NCBI RefSeq assembly: GCF_009914755.1
Contig: NC_060933.1
DNA from: the human T2T-CHM13v2.0 reference genome, Homo sapiens
DNA: 64,000 bases
Direction: 5' to 3' (one strand)
This document shows positions 29,301-42,496 of the stretch, one piece after another; positions within the stretch are counted from its first letter, which is position 1; every line of letters starts with the position of its first letter. The notes below the pieces were generated by a model. That model saw only the letters and a program-made list of their open reading frames with translations. It did not search any database and was not told the DNA's origin. The position numbers and the translations under genes are program-made.

Positions 29301-30364
29301 GGAGGCTTGCCCTCTAGGGCACTGTGTTTGTCCTTCTACCACAAACCACATCTGTTTCTCTCAGTGAGAACCACTAGTGAGCCCCTGAGCCCCCAGCCCC
29401 CTGACACTATGGTGGTCAGAGGGACTGGCCTAGGTCTTGGTTTTCTCAGAAGTTTCTGGAAGGCCAGTGGCTGTCGGAGAAAAGATTCAAAGCAAAAACA
29501 CTGAAGAGTTGAACCAGTTCTCTCCCTGAAGTTGTTTGGACGACAGCCTGGGTTGGGTGCTCTGGGTGAGATGGGGCTGGGGGTGCAGCAGAGAGCAGGG
29601 CACCCCACCTCCCCTGGCCCCCCGATCCCCAAGCCCCAGGCCCCCATGCCTCGGGGCTCCCTGTCCACATACTAGAGGACTGAGCAGGCAGGAAGCTGGC
29701 ATGCAGCCCTGGCACTGCTTCTGATGGGTGCCCGTGTGGTGCCAGCCCTTGTCTCTGGGCCCTGGTGTTCCTGCTGTGGGATGGGGGATGGGGGCCATGG
29801 TCCCTGGGCAGGGGGCAGCCCTGGGGAGGGCCTCTCCTTCAAGACCTGGTGCCCACTCTGGCCCTGGCTGCATCTGGCCAGTGCTCGCCGCAGGCCCAGG
29901 CCCCTGGCCCTCATCCCCCACCCCTGCCCCTGGCTTCTCCCAGTGGGGGCCGCCCCTTGCCCCTTGCCCCGCTAGCCCTCTGGGCTGTGTTTACCCACTG
30001 TCCATCTGCCCCAATGTGGGCAAACAGACTGAGGCCAGGCCCGAGACAGGGGAGATAAGGCCCGGCTGATGGGACCAAAGGTGAAGGGGTCACCTCGCTC
30101 CCCTCCTGTCAGTTTATTTACTGTCCTCAAACTGTCACCTGCCCTTCTGGGAACACAATGGCCAAAACCATGAGGGTGTTTCCAAGGGCCCCAAGTCTCG
30201 GCTCCAGGAACCCTGTGGGCTGCTGAGCTGCTGAGGAGATGCCCAAGGAGAACAGCAGGAGGGAAGGGGCTCCCCACTCACTTTGACCTGCACACTAACG
30301 CCAGGCATGGCCCTGGGCACACTGCTTACCTCCCACTGAGGCGGGTCTCAAGACAAATTCGAAT

Positions 30365-30500
30365 TGTCAGCGTCTCCATTTTTCAGATGAAAAAACTGAC
30401 ACTCAGAGAGGCTGAGCCGCCCATCCTGGGGCGCAGGTGCAGTAAAGTGTTAGGGTCAGGATTTTAATTCCCATCATTCTGATTCTGGAATCCAAGCTGG
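30365..30500 (-). mobile_element. MIR
   Basis: ctccatttttcagatgaaaaaactgacactcagagagg core. Confidence 0.7.
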
Positions 30501-31124
30501 TCAGGACAGCACCATTCTGCCTCCAAGTCTAGAAAAGACAGAGCAAGGACAGCAGCCAGCAGGGGTGGGCGAGGCGGGGCAGCCCTCGGGGCCGGTCTTA
30601 CACACTGGCAGGCCCAGGCAGCGGGCAACAGCTCCGCCAGGCCCAGCAAAGACCCCACTGAGCGCCGCGCCTATCACACAGACACAGAGCAGGACAGAAC
30701 TTCCATTAAACACAGGAAACACACCTTGAACACCCCCAAGAGCGAAGGCCATCACTTCTTGGCCGTCTGGGCTCGTCCTGGGCTTTGGGACTGAGACTCG
30801 GTCTATCCTCTTCCTGGTATTTTCCATACTTTCTGCTTCACCCTCTTCCCAGGGTCCCAATCAACAGAGGCAGAAACTGCTGAAACTGCTGTGCCAGGGT
30901 CTGCCCATCCGGGGCCTGCCCAGGGTGGCTGCAGAGACAGAGATGAGTAACTGCCAGCCGTGGGGACAGACCCGGGGCATGGGGCCCTTCCTTTGAGTGA
31001 TGCTGATCAGCCACGGTTGACAGGAAGCCCACACCTGGAAGAAGTTTCTGGAGTGCTGGGAGGATAAGCAGGGGTCTGTCCTGTGACCCCCAGCGATACT
31101 TCGAGGTTAAGAAACCTCAGCCTC

Positions 31125-31441
<317 letters not shown>

Positions 31442-33145
31442 GCAGCCCTGGTCTCTGCCCTCCGTGCTGGTGAGGGCGCTGGGGGCCATTCCCATCACAC
31501 ACATTCCCACCCGCCTCCCACTGCCTGCTTGCTCGGAGCCTAGAACCAGCCCCTGCTAGGGACAGACCCTGCCCCAGAGCAGCTCATACTTCATGGCACA
31601 ACCCCCTGTTCCGGGAGCCTCGATGGAGCTCAGGCCGGGACCCCCCTCATCACACTCCACGGAGACACCGCCCTCGACCCTGCCACCATATAGGAGCCAC
31701 CGCCGGTGGTCTACAAGACCAGTGAGTGCCCGGCGCCACCCCATCTGGGTCCTGCTCAGGGTGCCCCGAAGGGCTCCGGGGGTCAGGCATTCACCCGCCT
31801 GCTCCTGATGCATGTTGCTGCCTGACGTTTTTGGGAAGGAGGCAGGCACCCGACAAGTGACTGTATGTATATGGCCGGAGATGAGGCCTGAGTAGGGGTG
31901 GGGGCGTTTCAGAGATGTGGCAGAGGTTCAGCCAGGCCTGAGCAGGGCTGTAGTTTCACAGTGAGCCTGCTTGCCCAGTGGGCTGAGGGTGGCCAAGCAG
32001 GGCTTGCTTCTCCAGAGCCGAGTCCAGCACAGATCCGAAAGAACTCCTGCCTCCTTTCACCCGAATCCAGGCCCCCGTTCTTGCAAAGGGGCTCCCACTC
32101 CCCTGCCTGGGGCTGCAAACCCCAGTGGGAGGTGAGGGCAGGGGCCACATGAAGTAGAGCTCCTTCCTGCCACTGAGACACAGACCACCTCTTTCCATCC
32201 CTGGCAAAATGCCGCTCAGATTCTGCTCAGATACCTTCCATGATGGGGAACTCACCACTAGCAAAGTCAGAAAGCTTCCCTTAGTGCCAGCGAAGATCTG
32301 CCTCCTGGAGGCTCCTGTCCCTTGGCCATTCCTTTGTGGTTTTGTCCAACGTTTAGAGGCCCCTCCTGTGTGCCTGGCCCTCTGTTGGCACTGGGGGCAG
32401 AGGGACAATAGAAACAGGAGGGCCCTCCTCCACCGAGCCCACAGCTAGATGCAGGGAGGGAAGTGAGCAGGCTGAGACCTTGGGGGTAGAGGCAGTGCAG
32501 GGAGCTGAGGGACATGCAGTGGGGCCCCCTTTCCTGGGACATGACCAGGAAGCCTCTCCCAGAAGAAGTGACAGGTGAGTTGACACCTGAAGGGGAGGCC
32601 GGGTTGGGCATAAGAGTTTCCAGCTCAGGGAAGGCAGGATCTGTGTCAGGGTCATGAGACAGCTGGGTGCATTTGGGCAACTGAAACAATTCAGTGGGTC
32701 TGGATCCCGAGACAAAGGGGCCGGAGGACGCAGAAGCTTTGCCTCCCAGGCTTTGAGGGTCCAGGCAGGGCTGATGTCTCCCTGTGTCGGGAAATGGCAG
32801 GGTCAGGCGGTGGAGAGGAGGTGGATGCCCTGACAGGGCACGAGGCACCCCAAGGCCCTGGCCTAGCCCCACCCTCCTCTCCAGACTCTCTCCAGGCACC
32901 CCACCTGCCACGTATCCCACCCCCACGCTGCGGCCACTGCTTCTAGCATGGCCTGAGCCCATCAGCTCCTGTCTTCCTCGGCCAGGACATGCTGTGCCCC
33001 TGCCTGAAGCACTGCTCCTCTGGCTAAAGTTGGTCCTGGGGTTTGGCATTGCCTCCTTCAGGAAGTCCCCCCGACCTCTCAGGCCATTTAGGTGTCTTTT
33101 CTGTGTGTCTCACCAGCACCCGGATTGTTTACTCTTCTGACACCT

Positions 33146-33628
33146 CCCAACATGTGCGCGCTTACACACACACACACACACACCCCCAACATGTGCACGC
33201 TCACACAACACACACACACCCCCAACATGTGCGTGCTCACACAACACACACACACACACCCAACATGTGTGTGCTCACACAACACACACACACCCAACAT
33301 GTGCGTACTCACACCACACACACACCCCCAACATGTGCACGCTCACACAACGCACACACACACCCAACATGTGCGTGCTCACACAACACACACACACCCA
33401 ACATGTGCACGCTCACACAACACACACACACACCCAACATGTGCACGCTCACACAACACACACACACCCAACATGTGCACGCTCACACAACACACACACA
33501 CCCAACATGTGCACGCTCACACAACACACACACACACCCAACATGTGCACGCTCACACAACACACACACACCCAACATGTGCACGCTCACACAACACACA
33601 CACACACCCAACATGTGCACGCTCACAC

Positions 33629-33659
<31 letters not shown>
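33146..33659. repeat. Minisatellite, 14 copies of ~34-38 bp: cccaacatgtgcacgctcacacaa(ca)n
   Basis: 14 occurrences of caacatgtg separated by variable CA runs. Confidence 0.97.
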
Positions 33660-33662
<3 letters not shown>

Positions 33663-35158
33663 GGGCATTGTCTGCCATGACATGGGCGTGGCATGCAGTT
33701 CTGTGGGGCAGTGGTGGAGTGGCCAGGCTGGGGAGGGTGCCTTGGGGTGCTTGGACCCGTTGAGGACACACAGCTACCTCTGTGTGGACAGTGGTCCTCC
33801 TCTGTCCCTTTTAACTGAGCAGAGTCTGGAAGATAATGCAGTGGCCCATGGTGGCCCCAGCCCCAGGGGGTGCTCAGGGCGCCCTTCCCACACAGGGTCA
33901 GAGGGTGATCTCAGAGAACCTTGCTGGAATTGGGCATGGGGGTCTGTGTCTGTGTCGGCCCCTCTCCCAGGCCACGAGGGAATGCAGAGCAGTGTGTGGT
34001 GTCTTTTCCTCCGAGGGTCCCCTCTGGTTCGGGTGACACCAAAAGAGCTCAGTCAAGCTCCGTGGGCTGTGGTCAAGTTCCTGCATGAGCCGCACCCACC
34101 TGCACCCCTGTACCACCCCAGCTGCCCTCCCACCCCCCGGCTCACAGCTCTGAATTAAAGGCCAGCTCCACCCACGGCCCCTTCCACAGCCTCTCCTCTC
34201 CGCTGCTGGCCGACCTATTCCCAGGGACCTTCAGAAGCTCAGGACCAGGCCACCTGGAGGGGTTGGGAGATGGGAGGAAGGGACCCTGGGCCTAGGCCGT
34301 GAGCTGGGAGGGAAGGAGAGGGCTTATTTTCACTCTTGGCACATTTGGGCCCCTCCCCTACCCTGAGCCGCTCAGCAAAGGGGTGAACAAGGTCCGCTCT
34401 GGGGAGCGCTTTCTTTCCAGGGCTGTATCGGGGCCAAGCCGGGAAACCTGATGCGGGCGGGGAGGGGAAGAGAGCGGGAAGGAGAGGAGGAGGAGGCCTG
34501 TGGTCTGCAAGGGGGGTTCGGGGCTCGTGGTTTTGCTGTCAATTATTTGGAGTGTTTCTTCCACCTAATCAGCTGGAGTGTTTCCATGAGGAAAGCACTG
34601 AAGTTCCTTCTTGATGAAGATGCTTCAGAGACCCTGGTCTGCCTGGCTGGGGCCCAGGAACGGCCGAGGGACCAGATCTTTACTCGAGTGTTCTCTGAGT
34701 TTCATGTGGCCATGATTGCGTTCAGCGGCCCCTCTCCCTCCACTTCTGGATGAAAAGAGGGAGGGTTTCCGTGTCAGCTGGGTCCGGCGGCCCTGGGGCT
34801 CCCGTCTCCCATCCTGCCCTCCTGTCCCCCACGGTGGCCTCCTTGGACTCAGGAGAAGGGCAGCCTCTGCGGGTCTCTCCCTGCCTCTGAGCTCAGAGTC
34901 CTGCAGACGCAGCTGGTACCTGGAGACTCAGGGAGATGGCCCGAAAATTCAAAGCCCACACCCGGCTCCACCATCACCTGGTGAGGCCACGTGGCCAGGC
35001 TGGGCCTCAGTCTCCTCATCTCTGAAATGGGGATGGTGGAGTGTTCCTGGCAGTTTTCCAAGTGAGCAGAGCTAACCCAGGAGCTGAAGGCAGTGACAGC
35101 AAAGGTTCACCCACACAGCCCCTGGCTCGTGGGATCTGCAGAATGGCGGCGGGGGTCA

Positions 35159-35176
35159 CTGCGCCCCCTCTTGGCT
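35159..35176 (-). promoter_or_regulatory. Candidate CTCF site
   Basis: Minus strand AGCCAAGAGGGGGCGCAG closely matches the CTCF core CCASYAGRKGGCRS. Confidence 0.55.
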
Positions 35177-36439
35177 TTCTGCATTTCTCTGGCCACAGGA
35201 GAGGTCAGCTAGAGGTGCTGGGAGTTGATGCCCCTGAATGGCCCTCCAGCCAGGGAGATGACAGGCAGGTGTCCCTCCCGGGGACAATTCCAGGGTGTGC
35301 TCTGCCGTCTCACAGAGGCCTGCGGTACGGAGCCACCTTGCCCGCAGCAGATACCCCCCCCACCCCATGAAGGCCCGTTCCTGTCCCTGTCCCTCCCAAG
35401 CTGCTCCTCACGGCACTTCTGGGGGTCTCCACCTGCACCTGCATCCTTGTCCCGGGGGCTGCTTTCAGGGGAAGCCCGGCTAGGAAAGGTGCTTGCTGGT
35501 TCATCACCCTGACCCTCAGAGAGCGGAGGAGACAGGACAGTGGCCAGGGCCCAGCCCCAAGAGTGCTGACTCCGGTGGGTGCAGGCAGAGTGGGGCGTCA
35601 GCTCTGTGGGCAGACTTCTTGGCGGAGTTCCCTTTTGAGAAACTGGGAATGGTGGGTGGAGGAGGGAGTTAGGTGAGGCTCCAAGCTCCTGCGGCCCCCA
35701 CTGCGTTCCCACCCCGAGACAGCTGGGGAACTAGGATGGTTTTTTACCCCCTGCCCCTAGACTGGGCAAGCCGAGACCCTTGTGGCCAGAGGGACTGTGA
35801 CGGCTTGGCTGACACCTCACAGATTCCAGGTCGGCTCCTCTGAATGGTCTTATTTGTTCAAGTTAATGTCGTGTCATTAGCAGTTGGAAGCCTCACAGGA
35901 GATTAAACATTAAATGGTGTGTGCTTGGAAATGTGGTCTCGTGCCCAGGGCCAAGGGTCAAGGTTGTGGCCCTTGGTCTTCGTTTAGAGGTTCTCTAACA
36001 GGCAGGTTTTCTAAGTGGCCATTACTGAAAAGTGATGAACCAGGAGCTCTACCTCCCAGGGTGCCCCCTAGAGATGAGCCAGTTCCTTGAAGAAACTCCC
36101 AAATGCCCCCACTGGGCTGAGAATCGCTGGGGTGGGGGCTGGTTGTGCAGGGCAGGGCCAGGGGCTTTCCAAAGACTTGTCAGTTTCCTACGGCTGAGTC
36201 TGGCAAGTCTCCTACCCAGGAAGGGGTAGGTCAGTCCCCATCCAGATGTGGGGATCCTGTGGCCTGGGGCTGGGGACAGCAAGAGGGCACCTTCACCATG
36301 GGCTAGGATTCATCCTCAAAGAAGGTGCCAGGTGTCACATGCAGATCCACAGAAGAGAGGGAAGGCAGCTCACCAGGCCAGAAGGACAGACGGCCAGGGC
36401 CCAGAATCCCTGGTGGGTGGGTCACCAAAGGGAGCTCTG

Positions 36440-36760
36440 ACCATTCCCCCTCCTTCCCTCCCTACCTTCATTTCTTCCTTCTGCAAACACTTCTTAAAAG
36501 CATCAGCTCTTGCATTGGGTCTGTGTGGGGATGCTGATGTGAACAGGATAGGACAGGCCCCCTGCCCCTCCAGGGAGCCCCCAGTCTAGAGGAAACAGAC
36601 AAAGAAGGCTGTTGAGGTACAGTGTGTTAAGTGCTTCTCAGGGACACACAGAAAGCATTAGCTTTGGGCTGCATCTTGAGGACAGGTGGGATTTGGATAT
36701 TTAGACTGGAGGGAAGGATGTTACTTCTAGAACATGCAAAAGTAAGGGGATAGGAAGCAG
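36440..36760 (-). mobile_element. L2 remnant
   Basis: gacaggccccctgcccctccagggagcccccagtctagaggaaacagac and ctgcatcttgaggaca are L2-like. Confidence 0.6.
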
Positions 36761-37013
36761 CAGGGAAGGCGGGCAAGGGGCTCAGCAGGAAGACCTTCAT
36801 GAGATGGTGCAGGGATAGTGCACTGCACAACCTCGGCGCACAGTCCTGTTGGCTAAGTGCCATCCACACAGAATGCCTGTACCCGATGTTTCACAAGCAT
36901 CTGTTTATGTGTCTGTGTCTGTCTTAAGGGCAGACACCAGGTTGGTGCATCTGGACCCTCTGGGACTAAACAGTAAGACACATGATAGTTGCTAAGTGAA
37001 TTCTGAATAGGCA

Positions 37014-37573
37014 AATGGATGAATAGATGGATGGATAGATGAATGGAAGGGTAGATAAATAGATACCTGGGTGGGTGGGTGTTAGGATAATTGGATGGAT
37101 GGATGGATGGATGAATAGATGGATGAATGGAAGGGTAGATAAATGGATAACTGGGTGGGTGGCTTTAGGATGGTTGGATGGATGGATGAATAGATGGATG
37201 GATAGACGAATGGAAGGGTAGGTAAATGGATACCTGGGTGAGTGGGTGTTTGGATGGTTGGATGGATGGATGGATGGATGGATGGATAGATGGATGGAAA
37301 GGATGAACGTGTAGATAGATGGATGGGTGGATTGATGAATGAAGGGTAGGTAGATATATAAATGGGTGGGTGGTAGGATGGGTGGATGATGGATAGAAAA
37401 GTAGATGGATAGATGGATGGGTAGGTAGATAGATGGGTGGCTTGATGGATGAATGGTAAAGTAGATGGCTAGATAGATGGGTGGATGGATGGTTGGTAGG
37501 GTAGATATACAAATGGGTGGATGGATGGTAGGGTAGATACATAAATGGATGGGTGGATGGATGAATGGATGGA
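37014..37573. repeat. Complex (TGGA)n/(TAGA)n/(TGGG)n simple repeat
   Basis: Direct inspection; follows an L2-like 3' end at ~36900-37020. Confidence 0.95.
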
Positions 37574-39994
37574 TCCCTTTCATCTACCATTTCAGTCTAG
37601 ATTAGAAACTGCAGGCTTCCATAGAGAGCTGTAAAGACATACTGCTTGAGCCCCCTCTGTGGGGTGGGAATGGACTGCTTGGTTTGTTAGCAAATGTTCT
37701 CTTGACTTTAAGTGCAGTCCCCTGAGGCCGGGTCTCCAGCTACTGAGGAGGGTGATGCTTGCAGGTCCCCCTGCTCCCCTTCATGGCGGAAGTGGAGCCC
37801 TCTTCCTGGGGTGCAGTTGCTGAAATCAGGTGGAGGTGGGCTCTTGGGGGTGAGGGTTCTCCTCAGAGTAGTTCAGCAGAAGGTGTACTCCCCATACCCA
37901 CTCTCCACCCACCACAGTCTGACCGGAGGCTTGGCAAATGGGATCGTAATCCCCAAGCCTTCGGGACCTGAGGGTTCCCTGAGTACCTGCCCATCAGTAC
38001 TTAGAGAAGCATCCATGCTCTTGTCAGTGGAACCCTCTGGAGAGTCAGGACAGGGCAGCCTTCAGGAAGTGGAGAGCCCAGCCCCAAGCTTCCCTCCCAG
38101 AAGGAGAAGAGCTTGCAGCCAGAAGAGGGAGCCAGCAGGTGTGTGGGCCGGCATGGCTGGAGGGGCGCAGGGCTCCGTCTTCACAGAGGAATCCCCGGCC
38201 CGGCCCAGGGGGGTTGCTCCTCCTCACCGGCTGTCTTCAGAACCCCTGGTTCTCTTCTCTCACACATGTGCCAGGCTGTGGACAAATTCGGGCTCATGTC
38301 CACATCTGTTGGCTGGACATGGTGTCAGCAGGCAAGGCCTGGGGTCGCTGAGGGGGCTGCAGAGTGGCCAGGAAGGTAAGACTTTGGTTGCTTTGGAAGA
38401 ACAGGATGGTGTGCTTGTTAGTGGGGCCCCAGCTGTCTTCCTAGGTGGCATAGAAGTGACTGTGGCCTAAAATAGGAACAGTTTCTGGAATGAGCAGGGA
38501 GGAGGTCGGAAGGGCAGGGAGCAAAGGCTCCTGCTGCTCTGGGTCTAAACCCTGTGCTTGTTGCTGTCCAGCCGGCGAGGCCTCCTACCCGCCAGGATGG
38601 AGGGTTCAGGGCCGGAGCTGCAGCCAGCAGCACGCTACAGGCACAAGCACCTCACCACGTGAGGGCTAAAGTCGCCCGCTTACCCTGACCTTGGCAACCG
38701 ATTGTCATGCATGTCTGCCTCATGGGACTGCTGCTCTCCAAGTGTCACTCTTATCAGGAGCCAGTGCTGGAGCACACAAGGAAGGGCCTGTCATTGTGAA
38801 AGGCACCAGTGTCCCCACCAAGCAGATCCTGGTGGGCAGTCTGTCCCTGCCACGGCCCAGCTCTGAGTCTTGGGCTGGGTCATGCTTCTGCTTCCTCGCC
38901 TGGACGCTGGGACAGTGGGGCTTCCTTCTGCAGGTCATGGAAGGATCCAGGAGAGAGTGCTGTGGGCGCCTGTGAATGAGAAGGCCCAGGACACGGAGGC
39001 GGCCATCAGACTGTTCGTAAATAAATGGAAACCCGATCTCCAAAGCTAACCTCGCTTCTTACAGTGTCTAAACCTCACAAACATCCTGCCGTTTGAGTCT
39101 GCAATGAGCTGCCAACACGAGCCCCTGGTGTTGCTCACCACAAGTGAACCTGAGCAGTGCCCCATGGGCTGGTTTCAGGAGCTCAGCTGCAGCCCGAGGG
39201 CCCAGGGTCACCTGCATCCTCTGCGGTTTGCGTTGGTCTGGGAGCTGGCGGGGCCGGAGGGGAAAGCCCAGGGGTATGGGGAAGTGGCTGCAGCCCTCGA
39301 CCGCTCCTCCGAGTCATGTCTCAGTGCAATCAGACCTGGGCCTGGGAGCTTAGCTCCAACACGATTTACAATTCAATTGTGAAATGGGATAAAAATTAGA
39401 CATCCCCCTTCGGGCATCTCAATTTTCTTTGTTAAAGCTCCGGTTCCTCCTAGTAAATTTATCTATTTCTAGATGAGCTTGTATGTTGTGTTGACAGGCA
39501 AAGGGCTGGGTTATGGGAGGGTGGTCTGCTGACTGCTTCCTTCTTCAGTCTGGGAGAGGCTGCAGTGAGGACCCAGGGCCACAGCAGTCACGTTCACTTG
39601 CCACGTGGGCTGTGACCTGAGTGGTGGAGCTGAACAGTGAGGAGGCGGTCCTGGTGGGAATCTCAGCTTCCCCGTTCACAAGCTGTGTGACCCTAGGCGG
39701 GTTACCAACATCTCTCCTTCTATGTGAATTGGGAATTTATAATGCAGGTGCCAGGCTGGGGGCCAGGGGACAGTGCCTGAGACGGACCCCGAGAGCAGGA
39801 TTCAAGACTGTGTGTGTGTGTGTGTGTTTAGGTCACCACTGTGGGCTACCAGAGCTCAAGGCCACCTGCGACCATGTGAACTAGTGCAGAATTTGCACCA
39901 CAGCGTTACCCAATGAGGGGTGAGAGCTGGGATAAGTGTCCACCCTTGCCCTGGGAGTGACAAGGCAATGGTGGGTGGAAAGGGTGTGGGTGGC

Positions 39995-40778
39995 GTACTG
40001 GGGTGCCATCGCTGCAAAACAAATTCCCACCAGCTTAGGGCTTCCAGCAGCTCATGGCTGAGCACGGCCCTGTGGGTCGCAGTCTGGCACATTTTGTCTG
40101 GATACTCTGCTCAGGGTCTCACAGGCTGAAATAAAGGTGTATCCTGGGCTATGTTCTCACCTGGAGCTCGATTGGGGAAGAGCTGTGTTCAGGTGTGTCC
40201 TGGGCTGTGTTCTCACCTGGAGCCCTGACTGGGGAAGAGCTGAGTTCAGGCTGCCCTGTGGGACTGGCAGAGTTGTTTCCTTGCATCTGCATGTCTGAGG
40301 TCCCTTTGTTCGCTGGCTGTCTGCTGAGGACTGCTCCCAGCAACTCCAGCACCCCCAGCTCCTTGCCTATGGTCCTCTCCAAAACAGGGCATTTTGCTCC
40401 CTCAGGCCAGCAGGAGAGGTCTGCCATTGTCTAAGACACTCTGACATCCTTTGCCTCTGACCTCCAGACCCAGATTTAAAGGGCTCATCTCCCCTTTGAT
40501 TATCTCAAAATTTTAATTAGAAGCCTAATTACATCTGCAAAGTCCCTCAAGTGTGGGAGGAACAAGCAAGTGTGATGGGACGCACCCTTCATGGAGTATC
40601 TTCACGGAGTGCCTTCATCCTTCACCCTTCACGGAGTGCCTTCATCCTTCACCCTTCACGAAGTGTCTTCACCCTTTACCCTTCATGGAGTGTCTTCACG
40701 GAGTCCTTCCTATCACACTCACTTGCTCCTCCCACACTTGAGGGGGTCCTGCTGGCATCTAGAATCCTGCCCACCACC
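39995..40778 (-). mobile_element. MLT1 (E/F-like) MaLR solo LTR with internal duplications
   Basis: gggtctcacaggctgaaataaaggtg, aattacatctgcaaagtccc, terminal tagaatcctgcccaccac. Confidence 0.75.
40583..40710. repeat. 27-bp tandem repeat, ~4 copies
   Basis: cttcacggagtgccttcatccttcacc at 40600, 40627, 40654 and 40681 (degenerating). Confidence 0.88.
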
Positions 40779-40986
40779 GCGGGCACCAACCTTGTTTGTT
40801 CACATGGTGACCAAACAGCAAGTTCCTGGCCACCAAGATCTCGCTGTCCAGTTGTAGAGACAAACAGAAGGTATGCACAGATGAGATTCTACGAGGCCTA
40901 AGCCTAAGTGGCTGTGAAGGTGAAGAGCAGAGGTCCCGAGACAGGATGATGCAGCATGGTTAGGGTCAGCATCTCTGGGAGAGTAA

Positions 40987-41283
<297 letters not shown>

Positions 41284-41586
41284 TAAGAGTAACATTGAAA
41301 CTTAGTCCTGGAGGATGGGAAGGTGCTGGAGTGCGGGTGAGGGAGGGGAGTGTTCCAAGTGATGAGAGCACCAAACAGCCTGTGCAAAGGCCCCAAGGCA
41401 GCGAGAGCCGTGTGCATCTGAGGAACAGAGGGAAGGTCAAGTGTGGCTGAAAGGGGTGAGCTGGGGGCAGGGGAGGGGATGGGAGCCTCCAGGGACTGGC
41501 AGAAGCAGCCATGCAGGACCCTCAGGGCCAACAGTGAGTGGGGGAGGGAATACCCACCAGCTTTATCTTGAAAGAACTGAATTAAG

Positions 41587-41880
41587 GGCCAGCCATGGTG
41601 GCTCACGCCTATAATCTCAGCACTTTGGGAGGGCAAGACAGGCAGATCGCTTGAGCCCGGGAGTTTGAGACCAGCCTGGGTAACATGGTGAGACCCCGTC
41701 TTTACAAAAAATAATTTAAAAAATCAGCCAGGCGTGGTGGAGCACCCCTGTAGTCCCAACTACTCGAGAGCCTGAAGTGAGAGAAACACCTGAGCCCGGG
41801 AGGTTGAGGCTGCCATGAGCTGTGATCACACCACTCCACTCCAGCCTGGGCAACACGGCAAGACTCGGTCTCAAAAAGAA
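41587..41880 (+). mobile_element. AluJ
   Basis: gcttgagcccgggagtttgag; gaggttgaggctgccatgagctgtgat. Confidence 0.92.
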
Positions 41881-41988
41881 ATGGAATGAAATTCTATGAG
41901 CACATGACTCGGTCTCAAAAAGAAATGGAATGAAATTCCATAAGCACATCAGGTGCCAGCATACAGGCTGGCACTCCACAGGTGCTTG

Positions 41989-42496
41989 ATGAGGACAGAA
42001 TTTTGAAGTGACCCCCATCCTGTGTGACCTTCTCCCTTAGGTGTGGGTAAATCCTGTGACTTGCTTCCAGCTAGTAGAAAATGGCAGAGGTGAAGGGATT
42101 GTGCAGATAAATCCCCTACTCTGCAGGATTTAAGTTAATCAGAAGGGAGATGATGCTGGGTGGGCCTGGCTTAATCAGGGGAGCACCTTAGAAGCGAGCC
42201 CAGAGGCAGAGGTTTGCGGGAGCAGATTCCCTCCCCGACCTCCCTGCTGCTTTGAAGACGGAAGCGTCTATGAATTCTACAGCCCCAAGGAAACGTGTTC
42301 TGCCAACCCCTTGAGGGACCGTGGAAAGGAGTGCTGGCCTATTTGAACTGCCACTGAGATTTCAGCCCCGTGAGACCCTGAGCAGGGCACGCGGCTCAGT
42401 CTTGCTTGGACTTCCGACCTACAGCAATGGTGAGGTCAGAAATACATGTTCCAAGCTGCTGAGTGTGTGGTAGAACAGCAACAGAAAACAGATACA
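41989..42496 (+). mobile_element. MLT1 (E-like) MaLR solo LTR
   Basis: ctgtgacttgcttccagc, taagttaatcagaagggagat, gagaccctgagcag, ggacttccgacctacag, terminal acagaaaacagataca. Confidence 0.78.

Noticed and set aside
33043-34158. 371-aa His/Thr-rich ORF and CRISPR-like periodicity
   Set aside because: Product of the CA minisatellite; the spacers are just (CA)n, there are no cas genes, and the DNA is primate
36966-37590. Ile/His/Pro/Ser-rich ORFs
   Set aside because: Translation of (TCCA)n
37712-38470. 252-aa ORF
   Set aside because: GTG start, no recognisable domain, composition expected from GC-rich random sequence
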